Assembly: GCA_001563335.1 (NCBI GenBank)
Contig: LRSL01000109.1
Location: forward strand, 1-64,000
DNA length: 64,000 bases
Direction: 5' to 3'
Source: Candidatus Thorarchaeota archaeon SMTZ1-45
Lineage (GTDB): Archaea > Asgardarchaeota > Thorarchaeia > Thorarchaeales > Thorarchaeaceae
The notes under the pieces were generated by a model. The model was given only the letters and a program-made list of their open reading frames with translations. It did not search any database and was not told the DNA's origin. Of this stretch, positions 20,994-31,484 are shown one piece after another. Every line of letters begins with the position of its first letter. Position 1 is the stretch's first letter. The translations under genes and the position numbers were made by a program.

Positions 20994-22130
20994 ATGAAAA
21001 ATTGTCCCAAATGCGGTAGAGCAAACCAGCCTACTAGAAAGTATTGCATTCGTTGCGGAGGACTTCTTCTCTCAGTAGAAAAGAAACCAAAGACCATTGC
21101 TGCCGCGCCTGAGCCAGAAGTAGTACCTGAAGTAAGAGATGCACAACCCCCAACACCGCCACCAAGCGAAGCAAGAGTAACAACAGATGATCAATGGGTA
21201 AAACCAAGCTCAATATCTCGAGACCGAGTTCGAACTGGTTCAGGATTGTCCAAGCCTAAGTCTGAGATGGAAAAAGCCAAGGAGGCATTTGCCAGAGCTG
21301 AGCAAGTCGGCATTGAAGAAAAAGGTGAGGGAATTATTGAAACACGAATGCTTCGTGCTAGTGAGGTTCAGGAATTGATGGGGGATTTAGAGAGTCAACG
21401 ACAGGCAATGGAACCACAACCAACTGCTCCACCTTCAACAGTCCAGCCCGCAGCTAGTGTGCCTCCTGGAGCGATGGGAACGCCCCCTGGATCAGTTCAG
21501 CCAGCACAGTCTTCAACCCCTCCAGGAGCATCACCAATGGCACCTCAACCAACGCCTGTTCAACAGCCAACACCTGGGTCTCTGGAAAAACCTAAACCAC
21601 CACCTGGTCTTGCACCTGCACCAGAACTAAAACCTACAGTACTTACTCCGCCATCATCACAACCTTCACCAGCACCATCTCCACCTAAACATGACCTACC
21701 ATCGAAAAAGCGTATTCCTCAAGTCGATGCAATTATGTCAGAGATACCAGACTCAGATTTTCTAAAGGACACCATTATCAAAGACACGTTCAACGACTTG
21801 ACAAATCAATACACAGAACTATCACAATTCAATTCTGATCTTGATTCAGTCCGTGGTAGACTTGAGTCAGAGGTGCGAGACTATTGGAACCTTGCGGAGG
21901 TTAAGAGAATAAATTTCGAGAGTCTAGAGGAACAAATGCGACTAGCAAAGCAAGAGTGGACTGATGCCACCAAGGTGTTTCAAACTGCTGAGAAGCGCAT
22001 GAAGAATGAGTTATCTTCAAGGGAAAAGCGTATCAAAGAAATTGAGAAGCGAATCGAAAAGACTGAGGACACCATTAGGAAACGCATAAAGGAGCTGGAG
22101 AAAGAAAAGGAGAAAGAAACTCAGTCCTAG
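20994..22130 (+). CDS. Zinc-ribbon / proline-rich / coiled-coil protein
   Basis: CPKC..CIRC, a long PPT/PQP/PAP tract and a C-terminal heptad coiled coil. Start probably ATG 20994. Confidence 0.75.
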   Translation: MKNCPKCGRANQPTRKYCIRCGGLLLSVEKKPKTIAAAPEPEVVPEVRDAQPPTPPPSEARVTTDDQWVKPSSISRDRVRTGSGLSKPKSEMEKAKEAFARAEQVGIEEKGEGIIETRMLRASEVQELMGDLESQRQAMEPQPTAPPSTVQPAASVPPGAMGTPPGSVQPAQSSTPPGASPMAPQPTPVQQPTPGSLEKPKPPPGLAPAPELKPTVLTPPSSQPSPAPSPPKHDLPSKKRIPQVDAIMSEIPDSDFLKDTIIKDTFNDLTNQYTELSQFNSDLDSVRGRLESEVRDYWNLAEVKRINFESLEEQMRLAKQEWTDATKVFQTAEKRMKNELSSREKRIKEIEKRIEKTEDTIRKRIKELEKEKEKETQS

Positions 22131-22259
22131 AATAAGTTGTTAGGGTCACATCGACCTCAAAAGAGTTTCAGAAGTGTCCTGCAAAATTACTCACTTCACA
22201 ATTACCTTATGTGAGTAATATTTCGAAGAGTATCTGAATCAAGTGAGGTGTGATGATGC

Positions 22260-23282
22260 TTGTCTGTTAGTTATCGAGCTTTTCTACTAAGGTTACGGAA
22301 ACTTGCTAAGATTGCACTTAGTGAGTATGGCTTGGAGCGAGCAAAGCTTAGGTTCATCACCTACACTGGAAATGGGTTGTATCAGGTCACTGTTCCTCCA
22401 GGTAACCCTATTATTCCTGGGAAGTACACATTACGATTACATCAACCAGATTACATGACACCTCAGTTCATTATTTCTGAGATGGAATGGTTGTCTGCTC
22501 TATATCAAGAGGGAATAATGGTTCCAAGACCTGTTCGAAGCCTGAAGGAGGATTGGTTGACGAAGGCTGATGGAGGATATGATGTTCCACAAACGAGAGA
22601 GTGCACTCTCATTGGATGGACTGAGGGCAGATTATTGAATAAGAGAATAAGACCCAAGCACTTCAAAGCTCTTGGAAGAGTAATAGGCAGAATGCATGAA
22701 CAGTCTAGAAGGTGGAAGCGTCCAAAAAGATTTGCACGTCCTCACTGGGATTGGGAGGGCCTCTATGGAGATGGGTTCAGTTATGGTGTTCCTGCTACAG
22801 ACGCACGTGAAGCCATTCCAAAGGCTCATCAAGTCGCGTTTAATGATGTATTGAATCGAATACGTGAGGTCAGTGAGCAGATGGGTAAGAAGAAGATTGT
22901 TTATGGGTTGATTCATGCAGATCTTGGATTAACTGACAATGTAGCGTTTCATGCTGGGGAGGCGCGACCTTTCGACTTTGATGACTGTGGTTTTGGATAC
23001 TGGGTGTTTGATTTTGGAGTTGTACTTGGGCAGTATTTCATTGATACTAATGATGCATCACGAACAATACAAGATGCACTGATTTCAGGATATGAGGAAA
23101 CAGCTGACCCAGAGGATATTGGCATTGAGTATCTCAATCTGTTCATGGCGGCACGCATCGCTCAACTCATGTTCTTCTACCAAGCGAGTGGAATGGCTCA
23201 CCCTCAGCATATGGAAGAGTCCAAACAGGGAGTCAACGAACACGCAAAGTATCTGAAGAAAATTCTCAAGAGAATTAGCTAA
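22260..23282 (+). CDS. APH-family phosphotransferase (SrkA/homoserine kinase II-like)
   Basis: LRLH, SEMEWL, GLIHADL..N and FDFDDCG motifs. Confidence 0.88.
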   Translation: MSVSYRAFLLRLRKLAKIALSEYGLERAKLRFITYTGNGLYQVTVPPGNPIIPGKYTLRLHQPDYMTPQFIISEMEWLSALYQEGIMVPRPVRSLKEDWLTKADGGYDVPQTRECTLIGWTEGRLLNKRIRPKHFKALGRVIGRMHEQSRRWKRPKRFARPHWDWEGLYGDGFSYGVPATDAREAIPKAHQVAFNDVLNRIREVSEQMGKKKIVYGLIHADLGLTDNVAFHAGEARPFDFDDCGFGYWVFDFGVVLGQYFIDTNDASRTIQDALISGYEETADPEDIGIEYLNLFMAARIAQLMFFYQASGMAHPQHMEESKQGVNEHAKYLKKILKRIS

Positions 23283-23341
23283 AGAGCTCGTAACAAACCT
23301 ATTGTCACAAATTCTTAATAACTGCGAGGTGATAAGGTAGG

Positions 23342-24949
23342 TTGGTGGTTATCTTGAAGAGGCGATTGTATGTATTCCTACTATTGGCATTGTTTGCAAG
23401 CCCGATTCTAACTGCCTTTTTGAGTAACACATCTACAGTAACGTACTCAATAATCGAAAGAAAAGTTCTTTCCAATGCGGTTAGCCCGTTTCCAAGAGGG
23501 CCAACTGTAAACATGGTGACTCAAGACTCGGCTGTGATTTTCTGGCGTACGGAGGACTTAACAAACGCTACGGTCAGATACGGGTTGAATGAATCGGTGA
23601 TGGAGATTGTGACAAATTCCACACTTGATAAAGATCATTATGTCAGCTTGAATGAACTTAACATGGATGAGAAATATTACTATCGCGTTATTTCAAACGG
23701 AACAACAAGTCCGCTTTACCACTTCCTTACCGCTCCAGCTGATGGTGACGAATTCAAGATGATTATCATTGGAGATAATCGACCTAGTACAACCGACCCA
23801 GTACAACCTGCCGAATTTGCACAGATGGCTCAGATGATTGTTGCAGAACAGCCACACATTGTCATAATGTCTGGTGATTTTGTTCTGGACGTGTCTGAAA
23901 ATCACGCAGACAATCTCTTGAGATGGGAGCATTTTACTAACATCAGTGATAGTATCGGACACTATGCACCAATCTATGCAGTATTAGGTAATCACGACAC
24001 CGGAGCCAAAACAGGATCACTTAGGTTGGAGTACTACTTCGACTCATTTGTACTATATGATGAGCCATCTACCTATTATTCATTTGACTATGCTGGTGTA
24101 CACTTCACAATGTTGGATTCAGAGCAGTTAGGCTTTGAAGCAAGAATAATCGGCGATCAATTTACCTGGCTTGAGAACGACTTGGAAACAACTTCTAGTG
24201 AGATGAAATTCGTTGTTATTCATCGTCCTCTGTATCCAGTTATACATATCCAAGATGCATACAATGATGTTCCTGCAGCAGAAAGAGAAGCAGTTCAAGC
24301 ATTGTACGAAGAACACAATGTTTCACTATTAATTACTGGACACGATCACTGTTTCAACAGACTCACAGTGAATGGAATTGTCCAAATCATCTCTGGAGGT
24401 GGTGGAGCCCCGTTATACAACCATCCCACTTGGAAAGGCGGATATTACCATTACGTACGTACAAATGTGAGTGCTAGCCACGTCAACATCACAGCAATCA
24501 AGTTGGATGATTCTGTGGGTTACAACTACCAATTACCTTACACAGGACCAATTGAGATCGAGCATCGAATCATTCCAAGTGGTAGTACAAACCCAGTAGG
24601 TACTCTTCCGGTGATTCTCTTCAGTGAGGTGCCAGCAGAGAAGTACTTCTCATGGGACTCGGATGAGAACCAGACTGAATTGACTGGACTTCCCAATTCT
24701 AATGGCGAACACACTCTTGATGTATACGCCTGCAATTCTGATAGTGTTTGGAGTCACGAGTCATTCATGTTCATAGCCACTGGAGGACCTACTACTCCTA
24801 CTACTACTACTACTCCTACTACTACTACTCCTACTACTACTCCCACGGGTGATGGAGCCATTGATCCACTAATTCTCTTTGGTTCCCTTTCAATAGCAGG
24901 AGTAGTCATTGTTGTGGTTGCGGTGATTTGGTTCCGTAGAAAATCATAG
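23342..24949 (+). CDS. Surface-anchored purple acid phosphatase-like metallophosphoesterase
   Basis: Signal peptide, FN3-like domain, GDNR, GDFV, GNHD and GHDH motifs, Thr/Pro linker, C-terminal TM + RRKS. Confidence 0.9.
   Translation: MVVILKRRLYVFLLLALFASPILTAFLSNTSTVTYSIIERKVLSNAVSPFPRGPTVNMVTQDSAVIFWRTEDLTNATVRYGLNESVMEIVTNSTLDKDHYVSLNELNMDEKYYYRVISNGTTSPLYHFLTAPADGDEFKMIIIGDNRPSTTDPVQPAEFAQMAQMIVAEQPHIVIMSGDFVLDVSENHADNLLRWEHFTNISDSIGHYAPIYAVLGNHDTGAKTGSLRLEYYFDSFVLYDEPSTYYSFDYAGVHFTMLDSEQLGFEARIIGDQFTWLENDLETTSSEMKFVVIHRPLYPVIHIQDAYNDVPAAEREAVQALYEEHNVSLLITGHDHCFNRLTVNGIVQIISGGGGAPLYNHPTWKGGYYHYVRTNVSASHVNITAIKLDDSVGYNYQLPYTGPIEIEHRIIPSGSTNPVGTLPVILFSEVPAEKYFSWDSDENQTELTGLPNSNGEHTLDVYACNSDSVWSHESFMFIATGGPTTPTTTTTPTTTTPTTTPTGDGAIDPLILFGSLSIAGVVIVVVAVIWFRRKS
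24788..24844 (+). repeat. (ACT)n/CCT microsatellite encoding a PT-rich linker
   Basis: cctactactcctactactactactactcct... translates to PTTPTTTTTPTTTTPTTTP. Confidence 0.9.
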
Positions 24950-25212
24950 ATGCTTGAAATCATAGAAGATGTGTACTCTTGCACCAAGGGTTCACAAGGG
25001 CTAAGGCGACACAGAGTATTGCAAAACTATGATAGACTCCAAACTACAACCCTATCACACCAACGATTCTTGGTGCGTAGTAGGAAGTATTCATAATTCT
25101 AAATGGTAAATTTTGATTCTCAACGAGCACTTAGACGAAGTTATAAGAGAAGTCAATCACCATGCAAAGTATCTGAAACGTATTTTAAAGATCATTAGAA
25201 GAGAATAAGTGA

Positions 25213-26466
25213 TCAGGGTACCAGAAGAAGAAAAGTGAGATACACAATAGTCTGAACTGATGTCAGCGGAATACCTATTTTCGCAAACTCGAGAAATTCT
25301 ATTGTTTCGCCTTGTTTTTCTGCATTCTGAATAATTATTACATTACTTGCAGCACCAAGCACCAGCATATTACCTGCAATTGTACTTCCGGCAGCGAGTG
25401 TCATTAGTTGAACAATTGAAGCCCCATTCGATGAGAATATTGGGACAAACAGCGCAACCAATGGCACATTGGAAATAAATTGGCTCAGAAGAATCCCAAC
25501 GGTAATTATTGTAGGAACAGATGTGAGGTCAAGATTCATGGCTGAGATGAGTTCTTGGAACACTCCACTTTGCCAAACACTTGCCATCAATACAAACATT
25601 GAAACAAAGAATAGCAGGGTTGTCCAATCAATATTCTTCACAATCTCAACTCTTTGCCTACTTAGTAGTAATATTGGTAATGATGCAGCGATTGCGATGT
25701 GCGACAGTTTCATTTCAATCGAAGGAGCGACAACAACAAGTATGACCTTAACTGCAATCAACAGAATGGTCAGCATCAATGCAAGTTTCGATATCTGAAC
25801 TAGTTGATTGTCCGTCTGTATCCCTTCATTTTGATTCTCAACAAGGGATATGTGAAACTCTGATCTAAAGAATATCCGTAACATGATGAATGTTACAAAT
25901 AGACATAGAATTGTTGGTAGCGCAAGATATTGAATGAAAGTAATGAACGGACTAGCAATACTTCCTGAAGAAGCTATGAGAAGGTTCTGAGGGTTACCGA
26001 TTGGACTCATAACACTGCCAGTAGTGACAGCAAATGCCAAAGTCAGCAGAAGCAGCTTGGGAGAAATACCATGCTTCTTTGAAAGCCCAAGAACAAGTGG
26101 CGTACCTATGATTGCCAATGTATCGTTCATGAGAAGTGCAGAAAGTAGTCCTATTGGGAATAGGATTAGAAGAATAAGCTGGTTCGTATCTGTAGCCCGA
26201 TGAAAAATCCTTTGGGCAAGCATATTGAGATATCCACTACGATACATTGACTCTCCCACTACAAACATTCCAAACAAGAAGACAATCACATCAATGTTTA
26301 CGGAATAGATTGCATCCAATGGACTGATTTGGCCCAATAGTAGTACAGCTGCTGCACCCAAGGTCATTGCATGCCAGATTTTAATCCGGATATTTCCAAT
26401 CTTTCTTACAGCAATAAGGAAAAAGACAATTGACAGAATCAGAAGTGAGATGTACTCTGTGGCCAT
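25213..26466 (-). CDS. ArsB/NhaD/CitMHS-family ion transporter
   Basis: Many TM helices; NDT, GSVMSPIGNPQNLLI, SNVP and GAASN motifs. Confidence 0.88.
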   Translation of the reverse strand: MATEYISLLILSIVFFLIAVRKIGNIRIKIWHAMTLGAAAVLLLGQISPLDAIYSVNIDVIVFLFGMFVVGESMYRSGYLNMLAQRIFHRATDTNQLILLILFPIGLLSALLMNDTLAIIGTPLVLGLSKKHGISPKLLLLTLAFAVTTGSVMSPIGNPQNLLIASSGSIASPFITFIQYLALPTILCLFVTFIMLRIFFRSEFHISLVENQNEGIQTDNQLVQISKLALMLTILLIAVKVILVVVAPSIEMKLSHIAIAASLPILLLSRQRVEIVKNIDWTTLLFFVSMFVLMASVWQSGVFQELISAMNLDLTSVPTIITVGILLSQFISNVPLVALFVPIFSSNGASIVQLMTLAAGSTIAGNMLVLGAASNVIIIQNAEKQGETIEFLEFAKIGIPLTSVQTIVYLTFLLLVP

Positions 26467-26594
26467 GGAATTCTCAACCTACCGTGGAGCATTTTACGGG
26501 AATACATTTTCTCATAGACTCAAGTATAAGCAATCCTTGAACGGAGATCATGTCTATTAATATTATAACGGGAAAAGAAGGGAATTATCTATCA

Positions 26595-26786
26595 CTAACT
26601 TCTGAAAAGAGCTGTTCCGATTAAATAGAAACCTATGAAACCAATCACCACACCAGTTAAACCAAAATTGACTATCAATCCAGGATTTAGTGTTGGAAAA
26701 TTCCCAAGAAGCGCAATTCCAATTGGAATTATGCTAGCGAGAACAAATGCTCCACCAATACCAAATTCAGTTTCCCTAGATACCAC
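26595..26786 (-). CDS. Small two-TM membrane protein
   Basis: 63-aa hydrophobic ORF with an upstream AGGTGA RBS-like site. Confidence 0.5.
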   Translation of the reverse strand: MVSRETEFGIGGAFVLASIIPIGIALLGNFPTLNPGLIVNFGLTGVVIGFIGFYLIGTALFRS

Positions 26787-26976
26787 GTTAGCAGTTCACC
26801 TGGAAAATTGTGGTCTTTGAAAGAATTTGAACTTATTCAACTATTTAATTGGATTCTAGACCCTCCCAAAGCTTGATAGATGCGTTACCACGTTTTTTCG
26901 TGCAGTACAAAGTACTAATAATCCAGAGCAGATGAGTCCTGAAATACATCTAAAAAATAAAGGGAAGCGCTAGTTC

Positions 26977-27930
26977 ATGGTTCAAATAGTATCTAGAAGA
27001 CTCAATTCAGAAGACTACAAAATACTGGCAAAAATCACCAAATCAGCAAGAAAAGATACGCCTGTGGAATCAGAAAAGACGCTTGAGGAGATTCAACAAA
27101 ATATTGAGAAATTATGCACAGATGAGAAATTTCGGAAAATGATCGCTTTCAACGAAGCGGAAAATATAGTCGGTTGGATATACTACTATGTTGGGTTTCC
27201 TCTGATGGCTTTCATTAGTGGATTTCAGCCAATCCTTGATAAAACAGATGAAGCCGACGAGATTGCGTTAGCCCTAATCGAAGCAGCAAAGAAAGATATT
27301 GTGCAACATGGGTTCAGCAGACTGGAGATTGAATTAGTGTTCCCAACTAAGGCACACAGAACATACTCAGAGAGATTTGTTGATCTATATAGAAAGTGTG
27401 GTTTCAAATTTGCTGCGGAAGAAGTGCATATGAAGACGGACCTCACCATCCTTGAATTGCCTAAGATTGATTTGCCTCAGGGATATGTACTGAGGAAGTT
27501 CTCGGAAGTATCTTACGATCAGCTAGAGGGTCCCGGATTCCAATCTTTAAAAGATAGTATGGAGGGTTTGTTTCTCTCCATGAGTCATGCTGAACAAAAA
27601 GTGACTCTAGATTACTTCTTTGACAAGTCTACGAATTACATAGAAGATGCATCATTGATTCTTGAACGTGAAGGCGAGGTCATCGGGTTTATTATCACGC
27701 GTCTAAGAGAGGATGAACCTGAAATTGGACCAATTGGTCTTGTGCCCGAAGCTAGAGGACAAGGACTTGCTAGTTACTTACTTGTTCGTGTGTTAGAGAA
27801 TTTGAAAAATATTGGTTCAACCAGCGTGTATCTTGATACGACAATAACAAATCTTCCAGCTCAAAAGCTCTACAGAAAATATGGCTTCGAAGATGTATAT
27901 TATAAGCAGTTCTACTATTGGTCACCTTAA
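26977..27930 (+). CDS. Tandem GNAT acetyltransferase
   Basis: PEARGQGLA and N.PAQKLYRKYGF; degenerate N-terminal GNAT. Confidence 0.88.
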   Translation: MVQIVSRRLNSEDYKILAKITKSARKDTPVESEKTLEEIQQNIEKLCTDEKFRKMIAFNEAENIVGWIYYYVGFPLMAFISGFQPILDKTDEADEIALALIEAAKKDIVQHGFSRLEIELVFPTKAHRTYSERFVDLYRKCGFKFAAEEVHMKTDLTILELPKIDLPQGYVLRKFSEVSYDQLEGPGFQSLKDSMEGLFLSMSHAEQKVTLDYFFDKSTNYIEDASLILEREGEVIGFIITRLREDEPEIGPIGLVPEARGQGLASYLLVRVLENLKNIGSTSVYLDTTITNLPAQKLYRKYGFEDVYYKQFYYWSP

Positions 27931-28039
27931 TCAACAATGTGCTATGCTGTGAGTTAGTTTGCGGCACAGACCTCGACATAATTCAAAGTTTGTCCACTTC
28001 TTATATTCATTCCATCTATATTCAAACTGGTGATTCATA

Positions 28040-28690
28040 ATGAGGAAATCTGAAATCACAGAAAACACACAAACAAAAAGTTTCGAGTCAACAAGACTCG
28101 ATAAAGCAACACTTGGAGGCACTCTTCTCTATATAGGAAGCATTCAATGGTTTTTGGGCTTGCTTCTTGCAGAGGCGTGGTATCCGGGGTACAGTAGTAG
28201 GATTGACTATGTTAGTGATCTAGGAGTTGGACCCACTGCACTGATTTACAATGTGTCAGTGTTTCTCTTGGGACTCTGCATGTTTCTGAGTGCTTATTTC
28301 ATGATGCAGTCAATCGGCGGTAGAGTCCAATCAATTCTTCTTGCCATCTCAGGGATTGGAGCTATGGGAGTAGGAGTATTTCCTTATCCCCTACAACCAT
28401 GGCATAGTATCTTCACCCTTATTGCCATCCTGTTTGGTGCTTTTGCTGCAATATCTTCGTATCAGAAACAAAAACCACCAATCTCCTATATCTCGGTGGT
28501 TCTTGGATTATTCTCCTTAATTGCAGCAATCATATTCTTTCCCTATCTAGGGCTCCCAGTTGGTGCAACTGATACATTTCTAGGAATGGCAAAGGGTTCA
28601 ATGGAACGATGGGCAATCTATCCAATTCTCTCGTGGGCAATTGGACATGGGAGTCACATCGCTCGGACTCAAAGTGATGAATACATCTGA
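28040..28690 (+). CDS. DUF998-like membrane protein
   Basis: YPGYS...VSDLG, GVGVFP, H and GSMER motifs; multiple TM helices. Confidence 0.75.
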   Translation: MRKSEITENTQTKSFESTRLDKATLGGTLLYIGSIQWFLGLLLAEAWYPGYSSRIDYVSDLGVGPTALIYNVSVFLLGLCMFLSAYFMMQSIGGRVQSILLAISGIGAMGVGVFPYPLQPWHSIFTLIAILFGAFAAISSYQKQKPPISYISVVLGLFSLIAAIIFFPYLGLPVGATDTFLGMAKGSMERWAIYPILSWAIGHGSHIARTQSDEYI

Positions 28691-28713
28691 GTGACAAATC
28701 GATTATATTTGAT

Positions 28714-28763
28714 AAAGAAAAGAAGAGAAAGGACGGAGCAAAGCGCAGTCCTCTTTTTTTTCT
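28714..28763. terminator. Putative bidirectional terminator
   Basis: A-rich tract, AGGAC...GTCCT stem and T-tract between convergent genes. Confidence 0.45.
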
Positions 28764-28841
28764 AACCAGCTATAGAAAATAACATGTAAACTAGATACAC
28801 CAATCAATTGTCTAGAGTGTTACTTCCTCGTATTCCCTTGA

Positions 28842-29114
28842 CTATTTATGATACCCTGGCATCTTTGCTATCTTGAGTTGAAGCACCAAAGTAGGTCCAG
28901 AAACATCTACGAATAGGATATCAGTTGCATTAAAAATGAGAGCAGTATCTTCACTCTCGTAAACTGCGAATTGGTCATAAGATTCTTTCCATCTTTGAAT
29001 CTTAGATATCTCGCAGATCGTGCTCTCCAATGCTTTGATTCGTACACCTTTCTCACCAAGCTCAGCCTTGGATAAAGCGGCTTTCAGCACTTCAAACTGT
29101 GGATATGAAACCAT
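28842..29114 (-). CDS. Small hypothetical protein downstream of actin
   Basis: 90-aa ORF with a GGTGG RBS-like site. Confidence 0.55.
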   Translation of the reverse strand: MVSYPQFEVLKAALSKAELGEKGVRIKALESTICEISKIQRWKESYDQFAVYESEDTALIFNATDILFVDVSGPTLVLQLKIAKMPGYHK

Positions 29115-29159
29115 CTAACCACCAAGTCACTTCACTAACTAATCATAATGAAAGTATTG

Positions 29160-29204
29160 GTGAAAAGAAAGAGATACGAAGGGGGGCTTTGCAGCCCTCC
29201 TTCG
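29160..29204 (-). terminator. Stem-loop + U-tract terminator after actin
   Basis: CGAAGGAGGGCT-GCAA-AGCCCCCCTTCG (12-bp stem with one mismatch, GNRA loop) followed by TATCTCTTTCTTTTCA. Confidence 0.7.
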
Positions 29205-29218
29205 GAAACTAAAGCACA

Positions 29219-30358
29219 CTAGATACAGCGGTGAATGACCTCTGGTCCGACTTCCTCGAACTCCTTTCGTGAAACCCACATCTTCTGGAAGGTCTTCAGC
29301 GAACCGAGAATGCTTCCACCAATCCAGACAGAGTACTGTCTCTCTGGAGGAGCAATAATTCGGACCTCGATGTTCTCTGGGACCAGCTCGGTGATCTCCT
29401 TGTGGAGTCTCTCCTTGAGTCCTGGGAACATGGTTGAGCCACCTGAGAGTACGATGTTGGCGTATAGGTCACGCCTCAAGTCGACGTCGCAGGCTTTAAT
29501 CGACTCGACAATGTGGTCGTCGAGTGGCATTGTATCTAGACCAATGGCACTTGGGTTGAAGAACAGTTCGGGTGCTTGGAACCTCTCTGCACCAACAGTG
29601 ATCACCTCACCGTCTGGTAGCATGTAAGGCTTGTCAACACCGGCTTTGTCAGCGACGGTCCTCTCCCTTTCGGGATCGAGGGCTACATAACATAGCTTCT
29701 CCTTGATATCTCTGACAATCTCTTTCTCTGCACCACTCACGAAGGAGTAACCCCTCTGACGGAGGAGTCTGCGCAGATACTCGGTGATGTCCCTACCAGC
29801 AAGGTCAATTCTTCGGATGGCGTGGTTGATTGAGAAACCCTCATAGATTGGTACTATGTGGGTGACACCATCGCCAGAGTCAATGACCAGACCAGTAGTT
29901 CGACCGGATGCATACAATGAGAGTACTGCCTGTGTGGCAACGTACACTGCGGGTACCCCGAAGTTATCAAACATGACTGATGCCATGCGCTCTCTGTTTT
30001 CTCTAGGGTTGAATGGTGCCTCTGTGAGGAGCACCGGGTTCTCACTTGGGTCTACTTTCAGGTCGTTATAGAACGTATAGCTCCATATCTTCTCGATAGC
30101 ATCCCAGTCTTCTACGATTCCGTGAGAGATTGGATAGACCAGACGGAGTACACCACGAAGGTTGATAGCCTCTTCACCAATGTAGTAGTCACGTGTATAG
30201 TGGTCCACGTCAGTCATGATTGACTCGTAGCGTGGATAACCAATCAGTGTAGGCCAGACGCTGCGTGGCTGATCTTCGCCGGCGTAACCGTTCTTGCTCA
30301 AACCAGTACCATTGTCGATGACAATTGGTTTTGCGCCAAGAAACTCGTCTTCAGCCAT
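29219..30358 (-). CDS. Eukaryote-like actin (Asgard Lokiactin type)
   Basis: [46 protein letters not shown] and [15 protein letters not shown]; 379 aa. Confidence 0.97.
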   Translation of the reverse strand: MAEDEFLGAKPIVIDNGTGLSKNGYAGEDQPRSVWPTLIGYPRYESIMTDVDHYTRDYYIGEEAINLRGVLRLVYPISHGIVEDWDAIEKIWSYTFYNDLKVDPSENPVLLTEAPFNPRENRERMASVMFDNFGVPAVYVATQAVLSLYASGRTTGLVIDSGDGVTHIVPIYEGFSINHAIRRIDLAGRDITEYLRRLLRQRGYSFVSGAEKEIVRDIKEKLCYVALDPERERTVADKAGVDKPYMLPDGEVITVGAERFQAPELFFNPSAIGLDTMPLDDHIVESIKACDVDLRRDLYANIVLSGGSTMFPGLKERLHKEITELVPENIEVRIIAPPERQYSVWIGGSILGSLKTFQKMWVSRKEFEEVGPEVIHRCI

Positions 30359-30689
30359 TTTTTATCGGTCCTCGTTTAATGATTTGTTCGGACAAATCCA
30401 AAGAAAGATTCGTCAAGTTCAGAGCTTTTTGATACTCTGTTCTAACAATTCGTTCATTCAAATTCTATTTAAGGGTACGTCCGACAGGTAGGTAAATAAT
30501 TTTAATGTTCATCTATTAGATTCACAATGTATACAATTTATGTATTTTGAGATATATATATCTGGCTATTTATTGCATTATTTTGAGTCAAGAAGCCATT
30601 CTAGTAAAGACTCCAATAATATCTTCGATAAGTATAAAAATAAACTACATCCAATTACTAGATAATATATCCGCAAATGGTGTGTACTG

Positions 30690-31472
30690 GTGCTTCGAAA
30701 ACCAATAGAAGACATCATCCGTGAAGAGATTAAAACAGTGAGAGCTAGACGAGTCATCCTCGACCATCTTGAAAATGGACTGAAGACAGGCACTGAGCTT
30801 CGTGAAGCAATTAGAAGAGATATGCAATCTCAAGAGGTGAAAAGAAAGGGGAAGACTCTTACAAAGAGAGAGGCAGAGAGAATTGAAGTTACCAGTCCAA
30901 AACTCTACCATAACACTAGCAAGCTTGAAGAGCTTGGAATTATAATTAGTTGGAAACAATCTCAATACCGCCTTTTTGAATTAGACCCACGAGCAATTCA
31001 TCCTGTCCGCAGAGCACTAGGTATTTCAAAACCGTTATTGTATGTTACTTCATTGAGTAGACCTGAAGATCAATGGCCTTTTGTGCAGTGGCTATCCAAT
31101 ACAACGCTTTTCAATCCGAGGAATCTACTAGTCTTTGTTGAAGCTCTGCATTGGAGTCGTGGGGTTTCACGTATAGGCGGCAGATTTGTACCTGATGACG
31201 CATTCCGAACGCTAACGACTGAGTGGATTCAGGTGCCAGATGGCATTACCGGGTCTGATGAAGAGAGAGAGTATGGAAATCTTCAGGAAACCTATGAATT
31301 CATAGAAAATGTAATTCTAAACTACATTCAGAAGTTTAGCATCGTTTTTGACCTCACTTTGGGACCAACCCTCATAACTCTCGCAATGGCTAAACTGGCA
31401 AATGAATACTCAACCACTGCATTCCGTGTTTCAAAATACGATGTGAATGATGCTGAAGTCAGCTATTACTAA
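30690..31472 (+). CDS. wHTH + CARF-like domain regulator
   Basis: N-terminal wHTH (KLYHNTSKLEELGII); C-terminal Rossmann-like segment with IVFDLTLGP (CARF DxTxG-like). Confidence 0.6.
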   Translation: MLRKPIEDIIREEIKTVRARRVILDHLENGLKTGTELREAIRRDMQSQEVKRKGKTLTKREAERIEVTSPKLYHNTSKLEELGIIISWKQSQYRLFELDPRAIHPVRRALGISKPLLYVTSLSRPEDQWPFVQWLSNTTLFNPRNLLVFVEALHWSRGVSRIGGRFVPDDAFRTLTTEWIQVPDGITGSDEEREYGNLQETYEFIENVILNYIQKFSIVFDLTLGPTLITLAMAKLANEYSTTAFRVSKYDVNDAEVSYY

Positions 31473-31484
31473 GGAAGTGATTCT

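Noticed and set aside
24788-24844. Tandem repeat as a CRISPR or phase-variable locus
   Set aside because: In-frame triplet repeat encoding an ordinary Thr/Pro linker; no spacers.
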